A stretch of 64,000 bases of DNA from an uncultured bacterium (GCA_903872035.1 CAIQIZ010000029.1:479-64478), one strand, 5' to 3'; shown: positions 1-9,574, numbered from the stretch's first letter. Numbers and translations: made by a program. Notes: generated from the letters alone by a model not told the origin.

Positions 1-1111
1 ATTCGACTTGACCGTTCCTCTAGCTCGTGTGGTATCTCTCTATGGAGACAGGATATCTCGACCGTTCAAACGATACCAGACCGGTAAGGTCTGGCGTGGT
101 GAAAAAGCACAAGCCGGTCGTTTCCGCGAGTTCGTCCAATTCGACGCCGACATCGTCGGTTCGGAGAGGATGAGCGCGGACGCGGAAATAATCGCCCTTA
201 TGTATGAAACGATGTCCAGCCTCGGCCTAAGTCGTTTTTCCATAAGGATCAACAACCGTAAGCTTTTGAACGGCCTAACGGATTATGTCGGATACGACCA
301 ATCTTTGAACGCGGATGTCCTACGAACCATTGACAAGCTCGACAAGATCGCTTGGGAGGGCGTGTCCGCTGAACTGAAAGAGAGATCCTCCTTTAATGAC
401 GACCAACTATCCAAGTTAAAGAAGTTTCTCGACTTGCGCTCATCGTCATCCTTGGAATTGTTGACTGAACTTTCCGGGCTTATGGCTTCGTCGCCTGTCG
501 CTCAACGCGGAATAGCGGAGCTCACAGAGATCGCGAACAACCTCAAATCTCTGAACGTCCCGGATACCTCGTGGAGAATAGACTTATCCGTCGCGCGCGG
601 TCTTGGGTACTATACTGGGCCAGTCTTTGAGACAATCCTCGATGATCTTCCAAGCATAGGCAGCGTCTTCTCCGGAGGAAGGTATGACGACCTGGTAGCG
701 CGCTTCGGGGATCGAAGCGTTGCCGCCACCGGTGCGTCGGTCGGCGTAGACCGTTTGTTCGCCGCCATGGAGAAGCTCGGCCTCATCAAGAAGGTGATGG
801 CAACCGCGAAAGTCGTCGTCCTCAACTTTGATAGCACCGCCGAGGACTACTGCCAGAAGATAGTCACCGCGATCCGCCAGTCCGGTCTGCAAGCCGAGCT
901 ATATCTGGGAAAAGAAACTAATCTCAAGGCACAGCTCGCGTACGCGCTCGGACAAAACATACCCGTGGTAGTCATCGCCGGCGGCTCAGAAAAAGATCGC
1001 GGAGTCGTCCAAATCAAAGACATTCAACGACGCAAGCAGGTCGAGACGACATTTGATAATGTTTCCGCCGTAATCAAGTCTATATTGCAAAATGCAGAAG
1101 CTGTAGTATAG
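1..1111 (+). CDS. hisS: Histidine--tRNA ligase (5'-truncated by window edge)
   Basis: Motif 2 WRGEKAQAGRFREFVQFDADIVG, RGLGYYTG, GGRYDDL and a C-terminal anticodon-binding domain; frame is open to the window start. Confidence 0.97.
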   Translation, partial: FDLTVPLARVVSLYGDRISRPFKRYQTGKVWRGEKAQAGRFREFVQFDADIVGSERMSADAEIIALMYETMSSLGLSRFSIRINNRKLLNGLTDYVGYDQSLNADVLRTIDKLDKIAWEGVSAELKERSSFNDDQLSKLKKFLDLRSSSSLELLTELSGLMASSPVAQRGIAELTEIANNLKSLNVPDTSWRIDLSVARGLGYYTGPVFETILDDLPSIGSVFSGGRYDDLVARFGDRSVAATGASVGVDRLFAAMEKLGLIKKVMATAKVVVLNFDSTAEDYCQKIVTAIRQSGLQAELYLGKETNLKAQLAYALGQNIPVVVIAGGSEKDRGVVQIKDIQRRKQVETTFDNVSAVIKSILQNAEAVV

Positions 1112-1133
1112 TCGCTAGTAGTTCTTACCGGGT

Positions 1134-1209
1134 GGGTGCGTAGCTTAATGGCTAGAGCAACAGTTTGTGGAACTGTTTAGTGCGGGTTCAAGTCCCGTCG
1201 CACCCACCA
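1134..1209 (+). tRNA. tRNA-His(GTG), encoded CCA, discriminator A73
   Basis: Cloverleaf: acceptor GGGTGCG/CGCACCC, anticodon arm ACAGT-TTGTGGA-ACTGT, T arm GCGGG-TTCAAGT-CCCGT, ends ACCA. Confidence 0.95.
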
Positions 1210-1221
1210 ACTTCATCTTGG

Positions 1222-1250
1222 TCCGTGGAAGGTTTCCACGGATTTTTTAT
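1222..1250 (+). terminator. Intrinsic terminator after tRNA-His
   Basis: TCCGTGGAA-ggt-TTCCACGGA followed by a T tract. Confidence 0.85.
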
Positions 1251-1527
1251 TTAACAGAATATTCATGCATTGCCACCAATCTAAGCATGTCCTAACGAAT
1301 TTTACGGCTCAAAATCTATTACTATCGATATCCCCGACTTATCCCCACTTTACCCCTTTACTTCCTACTCCGAATATGGTATAACTAAACCAGTAGGCTA
1401 CTCGCTCATTGAAAAGCGATGTGAAAGCCAAAACTCACTAAAAGTCTGAGAATTTCTCGTTGCCTGTTGCAACGGTTGATTCGCTGACTAACCTGCCACA
1501 AGGTAGGAAACCACAGAAAGGCGCAGT

Positions 1528-2511
1528 ATGAAAACGACAGTATACCGTTGGTTCATTCTTGCGACCCTGGTGGTCGCAATGAATTTCGGATTCGGAACAG
1601 CAGTTGCAGCCCCGCCTGTTCATCATGTTGTAGGCGTCGATTTTCCTGACGCATTGCCGATGATGGGTAGCGAGATGCAGTACCGTGAATGGATCGTAAC
1701 AAACAGGGAGTGTCTCTGCTCGGTCATTCTTCAGTTCACGGATAAAAACGGTGTGCTTCAGGAGCCATCTAACACAGCTACTCCGACAACGTTTCCAAAG
1801 TATGCAGATTTTGTGCATTACGTTCTAACCAACGTAACACACGGCATCCAATTCATTAAGTCGCGTTACAACATTGACGCGTCCACAGATATTAATTTCG
1901 CACTCGCGATAGGCGACTTGGACCTCGACACGTACCCTTATGACGATTTAATTGTCAATTATACCAATATTGGGAAATTGTCGTCTGTTTCGTACAACGC
2001 AGTAACAAACATATGTCCCACGTGGGAACTAGCGCAAGTTGCCGCTGATGATTTGCAAAGACTACAGATTCACGTGGCGTCAACACCGCCTTACGACTAT
2101 GACTCTGCGGTTCCAGACAGTGGTTCCGTGGACTATCCGGAGCAAGCATTCAGTAGTACTACCTTGTTCCTGAATCAGTGGTACTGCGTAGGGACGAACA
2201 GGGTCAGAATTTCACCGACGGTCGGTGCAAACACTTCTACGTTCACGCAGGCTGGAGCTCAGCTTCTGCCGGCGACAGTAGAAATCAATCGATCACGTAA
2301 AGGATCATCGGGAACGACGAATGATGTTTTGACTCGGGCGAGCGTAATAGTATCAATGACCCCCGGATCAGATACGACGGTCCAGAGCACAACGGATCAT
2401 GTTCATTGGCAGAGCATCGGCACGTCTAGTTGGAAATCAAACACCAACGAGATGATCTTGCCGATAACACTTAGTGGCGCACATCGCTATTTCAGGGCCG
2501 TTTCCAATTAG
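1528..2511 (+). CDS. Secreted hypothetical protein with C-terminal ..W..TN..RYFRAV motif
   Basis: N-terminal signal peptide, AGAAAGG ribosome-binding site, own promoter and terminator. Confidence 0.8.
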   Translation: MKTTVYRWFILATLVVAMNFGFGTAVAAPPVHHVVGVDFPDALPMMGSEMQYREWIVTNRECLCSVILQFTDKNGVLQEPSNTATPTTFPKYADFVHYVLTNVTHGIQFIKSRYNIDASTDINFALAIGDLDLDTYPYDDLIVNYTNIGKLSSVSYNAVTNICPTWELAQVAADDLQRLQIHVASTPPYDYDSAVPDSGSVDYPEQAFSSTTLFLNQWYCVGTNRVRISPTVGANTSTFTQAGAQLLPATVEINRSRKGSSGTTNDVLTRASVIVSMTPGSDTTVQSTTDHVHWQSIGTSSWKSNTNEMILPITLSGAHRYFRAVSN

Positions 2512-2525
2512 GCCCAAGCAAACAT

Positions 2526-2558
2526 AAACCCTCTGACTGCGGTCAGCCAGAGGGTTTT
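2526..2558. terminator. Bidirectional intrinsic terminator
   Basis: AAACCCTCTG..CAGAGGGTTTT between convergent genes. Confidence 0.75.
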
Positions 2559-2578
2559 ATATGTCATAAATTTAATTT

Positions 2579-4051
2579 CTATATCTCTTTTTCTCCAACA
2601 TTTCTAAGATCTATCCACGTTTCAGTAGTTATTGGAAGATAATGACTCGGATCAGATAGAGACTTACAATTGATCCTAAACTTATATGTCCCAACTGATT
2701 TAGTAGCCGTATCGCTTTCGAATTCTTTATATTCTTTTGGTTGCCCAACATTGTTATATGCTTTAATTGTTGGTGGCGTTTGATTACTATCTCCAATATT
2801 CCACTCCCAATTTCCAGCGCTCGGAGCTGTACCTGGAATTACTTGCGGAATGCACGAATCATAGCGCTGTGAAATATCAACAACATACTGTAAATAGAAC
2901 GACGACCCCTTCTTTACTGGTAGAGGATTCCCTTGCGCATGCTTCGCCGCGAAACCAGACTTTGGACCTGAAAGCAAACTGAATGTATTGGTAGGAGTAC
3001 GTACGACGGCAGTTCCGCAGAGTACAGGCGTACCTGACGTGACACCATTCAAATCAGAAGCTTCCATGTAGATTCTATAAGTATCCGGATCGACTGGGAT
3101 CGTAAGTGTTGACGATGTGAGTTGATGCAACGTCATAGTTGAACCACTCTGACTGTCTTCGATAGCATAATAAAATATATAATCACTTGGACTGTTGTGA
3201 CCTATTCCACCCCAAGCTGAATAGGAACCTAGTGTAACCGTAAATGAGCCGTCGCTATTCGGCAAATTTATCTGTGCCGAGGGAGTTAAACTGCACGATA
3301 TACCAACCGGCGGCGGCGTCCAAGGTCCGCAACCATTGCAAGTGACCGGGGTCGGTTGCACGCTTGCACTCGGAATCGTTGGACTGAAATTTATCCACCC
3401 GACGACCGGACCGCCCCATGCATATCCGTTGAATATTCCCGTAGTCTTGTTGAACGTAACGCCACCAGAGCCGTTCAGTATAGGTGAAGTGTGACTCGCA
3501 CCAGAAAGCTCTATCCAGCCATCCCAACCGTCCTGACGGCTATTCATGCTCGAGCAATCGCCTAATATAGTACCCGCGCAAGCTCTAGCCCAACCGCTCA
3601 CTTTGCCACTGGAATAATCCACTACAGCGTCGTAGCCTTGCCCAGGATAATCGCTAAGACCACCGAATTGTATCCAACCGATATTGGAAGACCAGGCATG
3701 ACCAGTTATATTTCCATATTGATCAACCGATACGCAAAATTGAGGGTTCGAACCAGAACATCCTGTATCAGCAAATGCCTGCTTGAAAAGGTCGAATTTG
3801 AATGATTGCGGAGCTTGCTGTTGGCTTTGATCAGGCGTAGAAGCTGGGCACACAGTCGCATAATCAGAATTGAAGCTGATCCAACCGATATTCGATGACC
3901 AAGCCCAGCCACAAAGAACACCTCCCTTTTGATTCGGATTTGATGGCGCAGCCGTGGCATGCGTCGTCGATGGTGTCGATAATGCCTCAAACATGAAAGC
4001 TCCGAGGGCACAAACAAAGACGATGGCCACAGATGTTATGTATTTTTTCAT
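2579..4051 (-). CDS. Secreted/surface protein with repeated GWAWSSNIGWISF-type motifs (common in CPR)
   Basis: Signal peptide; four GxAW..GWI-type repeats. Confidence 0.85.
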   Translation of the reverse strand: MKKYITSVAIVFVCALGAFMFEALSTPSTTHATAAPSNPNQKGGVLCGWAWSSNIGWISFNSDYATVCPASTPDQSQQQAPQSFKFDLFKQAFADTGCSGSNPQFCVSVDQYGNITGHAWSSNIGWIQFGGLSDYPGQGYDAVVDYSSGKVSGWARACAGTILGDCSSMNSRQDGWDGWIELSGASHTSPILNGSGGVTFNKTTGIFNGYAWGGPVVGWINFSPTIPSASVQPTPVTCNGCGPWTPPPVGISCSLTPSAQINLPNSDGSFTVTLGSYSAWGGIGHNSPSDYIFYYAIEDSQSGSTMTLHQLTSSTLTIPVDPDTYRIYMEASDLNGVTSGTPVLCGTAVVRTPTNTFSLLSGPKSGFAAKHAQGNPLPVKKGSSFYLQYVVDISQRYDSCIPQVIPGTAPSAGNWEWNIGDSNQTPPTIKAYNNVGQPKEYKEFESDTATKSVGTYKFRINCKSLSDPSHYLPITTETWIDLRNVGEKEI

Positions 4052-4176
4052 GTTTAAAATGGGGTTAGGAGAATTAACTACCCCACTATTTTACCGTCAA
4101 ATCAACCTATTCACAAACAAAACTGTGGATAGTGCAGGAAGTAATGCCGTACGGCAAGAAATCGTAATCCCTGAGA

Positions 4177-4563
4177 TTAGTACGGCAAACTGGCGAAATA
4201 TTTCTTGGTTTCAGCGATCACATCCTCGACAGAATGATCGGCTTTGACGAAATACTTGAAAACGCCATTTTCCAGCGCATCCGCGACAACAGTTGGGTTA
4301 TGGAGCTGAGTAAGCAGTACGATACAGGCAGTCTTTCCCCAGACATCCTTGCGAAGCTCTTTGATAAACTGCAGGCCGGTTAAGACCGGCATGACTACGT
4401 CGACCCAGATGAGGTCGGGGTGCTCTTTTATAGCCAAATCCAAGCCGGTCTTGCCATCGGCAGCCTTGAAGACTGTGATACCTTCCGCTTCCAGAGTTTC
4501 AGACAAAACAGTCCGGAATGCCTGATCATCTTCCACAACCAAGACTTTTTTTAGTGTTCTCAT
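4177..4563 (-). CDS. Single-domain response regulator (receiver)
   Basis: VLVVEDD, phospho-Asp in DLIWVDVVMP, conserved Lys in YFVK. Confidence 0.93.
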   Translation of the reverse strand: MRTLKKVLVVEDDQAFRTVLSETLEAEGITVFKAADGKTGLDLAIKEHPDLIWVDVVMPVLTGLQFIKELRKDVWGKTACIVLLTQLHNPTVVADALENGVFKYFVKADHSVEDVIAETKKYFASLPY

Positions 4564-4632
4564 GATATTCTATTAATTTTTTATTGGATTTTATAATGGT
4601 GAAAAACTGCAATAGCCTCCCCGTTCGAAACT

Positions 4633-6381
4633 TTAAATAGGAAGGGTGAAATAGAAAGTGCTTCCTTTTCCCTCTTCGCTGGCTGCGCCGACCAGACCTC
4701 CATGCGCCTCGATGATGCCTTTAGCGATGACCAGACCTAGGCCAGTGCCTTTCTTGTCGCCCGACATAGCCGCCGACTGGAACTGCCTGAACTTATTGAA
4801 CAAAAGCGGCAAATTCTCGCGTTTGATACCAACTCCGTTGTCAGTGATAGCTACTACCAGAGACGACGGCAGATCTTTGGACACCTGATCTGCCTCTTTC
4901 AGGAACCATGATACGCCATTGCGACGAGCTTCGTCAATGACGTCTTTGCCACGTTGATGCAGGAACGCTTGGATAGCTATTTTCCCTCCATCTCTGGTGA
5001 ATTTAATAGCATTGAAGATGAAATTGTTGAAAACCCCAACCAGGGCATTCTCGTCGAAGCTCATGCTCCCTGGCGCATCGGCCGAAATCTCTATCTTCAC
5101 CACAAGCTGCTTGGCTTTGACTGATGGATCAAAGAATTTTACCCTCTCCGCGACTAACTTTCTGATATCGCCAATAGGTTCCTTGAAGATCTGGTACTTT
5201 CCAGACTCGACTTTGGCGGCATCCAAGAGATTGCTGACCAATCGGAGCATGTCGGACGAGCTCTTGTGGATGATAGGAACGTACTCATGAACAACCTTCT
5301 CTGCGTGCTTGTGAGTCCGGTCGCTCATTATGAGCTCGGCGATCTTGTTGATGCCATCCAGCGGCGAGCGCAGCTCATGCACCATCATGGAGGTGAAATC
5401 CTCACGTAGAGTGTCGAGCTCCTTTTCTCGTGTTATATCGTGGAATATGACCACACCGCCCAAGGTCTCACCGCTGGTCATAGCCGCCGTGCTTTTGACT
5501 GGCGAGATGAATATCTGGAAGAATCGTTCGCCCAAGATGACTTCCGGTACTTCCAAGACTTTGCCGAGCTTGATGCTTTCTTCCAATTTGCTGCGGATAT
5601 CAAATTTGCCAGCAACATGCTCGATGATATCGAAAATAGACAATTCCCGAGCGCTCACCAGTCCAAGCAACGTCTTCACTGCCGGATTGGCGACCAAAAC
5701 CCGGTAATCATTGTCGGTCATGACGATTCCGTCAGCCATGCTCTCCACCATAGAGTTCAGCTTCCTCTGCTCCATTCTGACGACTTCTTGGAGCTTGCTC
5801 ACAGCCTTCGAAGCCTGCTGAGTGATCTTGTAAAGGATGGTCATTTCCTCTTCCTTATAGAGGCCCGGCTTGGTATCGGATACTGTCAGTACTCCGACTA
5901 CTTTTTCACCGATGACTAGCGGAATGTTGAAAAATGAACGCACTGGCTCATTCGTATCTTCAGATAAGATGACGCCGGATAGAACTTCCTCGATGACGCT
6001 CTTCGACAATTCCTTGTCCAAGAGAGCTGAAAGAGAACCTAGCATCCGTTCACGGATCTCGTTCAAAAATCCTCGATTGACCGATTTTTCCAACTGCACC
6101 TTGAAGATGACCTTCTCCGGCTGGATGAGCATGTAGGAAACCGCGCTGTATTCGATGAATTGCCGAAGCGAGCCGGTGATGATGTCGATGATCTCGTGAA
6201 CATCTAGCGAATAGCCGATCCTGTCGCCGAGTTCCTTCAGGATCGCCAGTTCGTACATCTTTCTACCAGTTTCTTTTTCCTTGCCAGACATCTTTTCCAA
6301 CAAAAAGCGGCTGCGCACATAAAAGGCCAGACCGGCGATCAAAGCCAGAGAGGCTGAAAAGATTATGGTTAAACTAGGCAT
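4633..6381 (-). CDS. Sensor histidine kinase (TM, GAF, PAS, HisKA, HATPase)
   Basis: HELRSPL H-box, NAIKFT N-box, DNGVG and GTGLGL G-boxes. Confidence 0.95.
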   Translation of the reverse strand: MPSLTIIFSASLALIAGLAFYVRSRFLLEKMSGKEKETGRKMYELAILKELGDRIGYSLDVHEIIDIITGSLRQFIEYSAVSYMLIQPEKVIFKVQLEKSVNRGFLNEIRERMLGSLSALLDKELSKSVIEEVLSGVILSEDTNEPVRSFFNIPLVIGEKVVGVLTVSDTKPGLYKEEEMTILYKITQQASKAVSKLQEVVRMEQRKLNSMVESMADGIVMTDNDYRVLVANPAVKTLLGLVSARELSIFDIIEHVAGKFDIRSKLEESIKLGKVLEVPEVILGERFFQIFISPVKSTAAMTSGETLGGVVIFHDITREKELDTLREDFTSMMVHELRSPLDGINKIAELIMSDRTHKHAEKVVHEYVPIIHKSSSDMLRLVSNLLDAAKVESGKYQIFKEPIGDIRKLVAERVKFFDPSVKAKQLVVKIEISADAPGSMSFDENALVGVFNNFIFNAIKFTRDGGKIAIQAFLHQRGKDVIDEARRNGVSWFLKEADQVSKDLPSSLVVAITDNGVGIKRENLPLLFNKFRQFQSAAMSGDKKGTGLGLVIAKGIIEAHGGLVGAASEEGKGSTFYFTLPI

Positions 6382-6417
6382 GACAAATTGCTACTGCTTC
6401 GAACTCCCGACTCTGGC

Positions 6418-6687
6418 TTACTCGACCTTATTGATACCCGGATACTTCTCGAAGATAGAGCTCAAAGCGCTTTTGACGATCTGGCCGGATAATTCGACAT
6501 AAGCATTGACTAGCTGCTGTATGACCTCCTTGGGATCTCCGGCGATATCTGTGACCGCGCAATCGTCGCTGACTTTCAAGCCAGAAATGCTTCTAGCTTT
6601 CAAGAGAGCGATATCAGGACCCAAGATGACCGCTTGTTTTTTTATAATCTCCGTCAGTAATTTGAGATATTGTTCTTTGTTTTCCAT
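6418..6687 (-). CDS. Hypothetical protein in the two-component operon
   Basis: 89-aa ORF co-oriented and closely spaced with the kinase. Confidence 0.8.
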   Translation of the reverse strand: MENKEQYLKLLTEIIKKQAVILGPDIALLKARSISGLKVSDDCAVTDIAGDPKEVIQQLVNAYVELSGQIVKSALSSIFEKYPGINKVE

Positions 6688-6714
6688 GGAATTATGTGAA
6701 TTATTTTTAAATTG

Positions 6715-7047
6715 TTAGCCCTGGTTCATCTTGTGGACTTCATTCCTAGCCGAAATTAAGGTTCTCATCGACCAGATGAACATCACAAACCAGATCAAAA
6801 AGATCGGGATGCCGAAGTAGACTCCGTTTTGAACATTTTCGAACATATAAGCAGTAGTCACCACGCCTAGACTATACATTTCCACCAACATGGTTATGAC
6901 CAGCACCTTGGTGATCTTTCCGATCATTGATCCTCTGACCATGCTATATACTTGACGACCTTTGACGAATAGATAGATGCTGCCGGCTATGAGGACCGGC
7001 CAGCCTACGACCAATATTATTGTTCTCAAAGTTGTAAGATTACTCAT
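6715..7047 (-). CDS. Three-TM membrane protein
   Basis: Three hydrophobic segments; operon position. Confidence 0.8.
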   Translation of the reverse strand: MSNLTTLRTIILVVGWPVLIAGSIYLFVKGRQVYSMVRGSMIGKITKVLVITMLVEMYSLGVVTTAYMFENVQNGVYFGIPIFLIWFVMFIWSMRTLISARNEVHKMNQG

Positions 7048-7117
7048 GTTGATAATGTTATCAGTAATAGCGTGCTTATATTATAGCGTGAAACAATTAT
7101 AACCTGAATCACCTAGA

Positions 7118-8566
7118 TCATTCAATCTCTTTTGTCCCCTTCTGATATGACTTGAGCGGCAATCGATCCCAATTCGCTAAGATCGGAGTGACAAATTTCC
7201 AGGAAGCCATGATCTCTTCAGTCGAAGCGAATAACGTCTGATCGCCGATGAAAGCATCGTGTATGAGCCGTTCATAATCGTCGGGCAAATCCGCATACGA
7301 TGGCACATCGGCGTACTTGAATTTCAGCGTCTTGGCATCGATAGCAAACTCATAGCCCGGCTTCTTCAAGAAGAACTTGATCTTGATCCCCTCATCAGGC
7401 TGGATCCGGAAGGTCAGAATATTCTGACGCTCCGCAGCCGACACGGACGAACTTTGATCCTTTTCTAATTTTTTATCTAGAATTTTTAATTTCGATTTTT
7501 TAAAATAGACGTCGATTTCTGTTTTTGACTCGGCCATGGCCTTGCCACTTTCCAGATATATCGGCACTCCGCGCCATCTCGATGAACCGATACTGGCTTG
7601 GAGGCGGATATATGTTTCAGTCTTCGACTGGGGAGAGACTCCGGTTTCAGATCTGTAACCGTCATATTGGCCTTTGGCGGCAGTCTTTAATAGCTCCGAG
7701 GTCGAGATCCGACGAAGGGATTTCAAAACTTTGGCTCGCTCTCGACGGATATCATCCGCAGCGTATGAACGCGGCTCATCCATAGTGACCAAGGCCAGCA
7801 TCTGTAGAAGATGGTTCTGCCCAACGTCCTTGAGCGCGCCTATCCGATCATAGAAATCTCCACGGCTATGTACCCCCTCGCTTTCCATGAGCTTTATGTG
7901 GATCTTGTCGATATATTCCCTGCGCCACATCGGCTCGAATATCTGATTCATGAAGCGAAATGCCAAGATGTTCTGCAAAGCCTCCTTGGCTAGATAGTGA
8001 TCGATGCGGAAGATCTGCTTTTCTTCGAAGAGAACTTCCAAAAGCTTGTCCAACGATCGGGCGGTTTCGATATCATTACCAAAAGGCTTCTCGATAAGGA
8101 TCCGAGTCCAGCCAGAAAGATCGTCGCAAGGTACGGTCAATTTTGAGTGTGCCAAATTGTTCAGGATACCCTCATACATATTTGGCGGCACGGAGAGATG
8201 GAAAAGCTTGTTCGAACATTGACCCCAACGATCATCTATAGATCGTAGTCGCTCCGCCAAACGTTCGTAGGCCGGCATATTATCGAAGAATCCCTGCTCA
8301 TATGACATATGGTCAAGAAAATGCTTGATGTCCTCTTCGTGATACTTGCCAGGCTTCACGTTTAGATGCTCTCGAATGTAGTCACGGAATTCCTCACGGC
8401 TAAAAGACCGGCGCGAAAAGCCGATGATAGCAAAATTCGGTGGCAACATTCTCTTTGAATATAGAGCTAAAAGGGCTGGCAACAGTTTGCCAGAAGCGAG
8501 ATCACCGGTGATACCGAAGATGACGAATATAGTTGGATGCAAAGCTAAGGGCGAGGATGAATTCAT
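7118..8566 (-). CDS. zwf: Glucose-6-phosphate dehydrogenase
   Basis: IFGITGDLA, IEKPFG, RIDHYLAKE, DVGQNHLLQ motifs. Confidence 0.97.
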   Translation of the reverse strand: MNSSSPLALHPTIFVIFGITGDLASGKLLPALLALYSKRMLPPNFAIIGFSRRSFSREEFRDYIREHLNVKPGKYHEEDIKHFLDHMSYEQGFFDNMPAYERLAERLRSIDDRWGQCSNKLFHLSVPPNMYEGILNNLAHSKLTVPCDDLSGWTRILIEKPFGNDIETARSLDKLLEVLFEEKQIFRIDHYLAKEALQNILAFRFMNQIFEPMWRREYIDKIHIKLMESEGVHSRGDFYDRIGALKDVGQNHLLQMLALVTMDEPRSYAADDIRRERAKVLKSLRRISTSELLKTAAKGQYDGYRSETGVSPQSKTETYIRLQASIGSSRWRGVPIYLESGKAMAESKTEIDVYFKKSKLKILDKKLEKDQSSSVSAAERQNILTFRIQPDEGIKIKFFLKKPGYEFAIDAKTLKFKYADVPSYADLPDDYERLIHDAFIGDQTLFASTEEIMASWKFVTPILANWDRLPLKSYQKGTKEIE

Positions 8567-8660
8567 GATGACGTTAGTCTACACCATAGTTCATCAAGTT
8601 GGAAAGTTACAAGTCAGAAAGTTGTCGCAGTACAAACTTTCTAACTTTATGAACTTGCAA

Positions 8661-8867
8661 CTACATTCCTTCCCCCCATTCCACCCATTTCGGATAGATC
8701 TCGCCAGCAACGAACACACAAGGCAGGACCACGATAGCCGTAAGCACCCAAAGGATAAAGGAGATGACTTTAGGTAGAATCTCAATGAATGCAGACCACA
8801 TCTCACCCCAGACTGCCAATAGGGAGCCCAGTATTTCCGTTAGTATATTTCCGCCTGATTCGTCCAT
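8661..8867 (-). CDS. Small membrane protein
   Basis: ATG at 8867 (MDESGG); hydrophobic 68-aa product. Confidence 0.7.
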   Translation of the reverse strand: MDESGGNILTEILGSLLAVWGEMWSAFIEILPKVISFILWVLTAIVVLPCVFVAGEIYPKWVEWGEGM

Positions 8868-8971
8868 ATAATGGATACTAGCGCAGCTCATTATTCGGCG
8901 CAAGATGAGGTCAGATATCCACATTTTGTCAAATTTGGCTTAATGATAAGTGGTATACTATAGGCACATCC

Positions 8972-9160
8972 ATGGAAGAAGCATTGAATACGCCGATCCT
9001 TTCGGGTCAGCCTTTACCGAAGCATGAGCATCGTCGAATGATGATAGGATTCATCGCGATCGCTGTCATACTCATCATCGCAATTTTGGCAATTTATTAT
9101 TTTGCTTCGAGACCTTCATCAAACATATCCACCGCTCCAGTAGCTCAAAGACAGCCTTAG
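8972..9160 (+). CDS. Small single-TM protein, possibly truncated
   Basis: TATACT shortly upstream of ATG; one TM helix; stop lies just before the tRNA-Val-associated element. Confidence 0.6.
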   Translation: MEEALNTPILSGQPLPKHEHRRMMIGFIAIAVILIIAILAIYYFASRPSSNISTAPVAQRQP

Positions 9161-9181
9161 AAAATAGAATTATTTCACTCG

Positions 9182-9343
9182 TGTGCACCCTGCAGGGCTC
9201 GGTCCCTACGGGACCGATACAGTCTTCGCATTTTCTCAGACTCGATATTCTCGTCCTCGAAAATATGCTCAGACTTTTCTCGCCCTTGACGCAAGTCGCA
9301 CATGCGACTTGCTCAGGGTGCACAAATTCGCTCTGCTCATTTG
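9182..9343 (-). repeat. ~160-bp structured element downstream of tRNA-Val ending in a 20-bp copy of the tRNA 3' end
   Basis: TGTGCACCCTGCAGGGCTCG at 9182-9201 and 9342-9361; inverted copy at 9314-9327; internal hairpins. Confidence 0.85.
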
Positions 9344-9417
9344 TGCACCCTGCAGGGCTCGAACCTGCGACCTCACCCGTGTGAAGGGTGCGCTCTAGCC
9401 AACTGAGCTAAGGGTGC
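9344..9417 (-). tRNA. tRNA-Val(CAC)
   Basis: Reverse strand GCACCCT..CACCC-TTCACAC-GGGTG..GGTTCGAG..AGGGTGC-A. Confidence 0.95.
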
Positions 9418-9462
9418 TCTTTACAAAAACGAAATCCGAATCTCGAAATACTAAACGATCGT

Positions 9463-9533
9463 TCGGGCTGCCGAGAATCGAACTCGGACCGCATCCACCC
9501 CATGGATGTATACTACCACTATACTACAGCCCG
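9463..9533 (-). tRNA. tRNA-Pro(GGG)
   Basis: Reverse strand CGGGCTG..CATCC-ATGGGGT-GGATG..GTTCGATT..CAGCCCG-A. Confidence 0.93.
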
Positions 9534-9550
9534 CACTTACCATTTGAAAC

Positions 9551-9574
9551 ATACTACCACCATACTACAGCCCG
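9551..9574 (-). repeat. 24-bp copy (1 mismatch) of the tRNA-Pro(GGG) 5' end
   Basis: atactaccaccatactacagcccg versus 9510-9533 atactaccactatactacagcccg. Confidence 0.85.

Noticed and set aside
1330-1350. DnaA-box-like TTATCCCCA (similar single sites near 4123, 8917, 10077 and 28535)
   Set aside because: They are isolated and degenerate, with no cluster, AT-rich unwinding element or dnaA gene, so there is no support for an origin.
1390-1527. Possible riboswitch in the long leader of the 1528 gene
   Set aside because: Only short hairpins are visible, with no aptamer consensus I can recognise.
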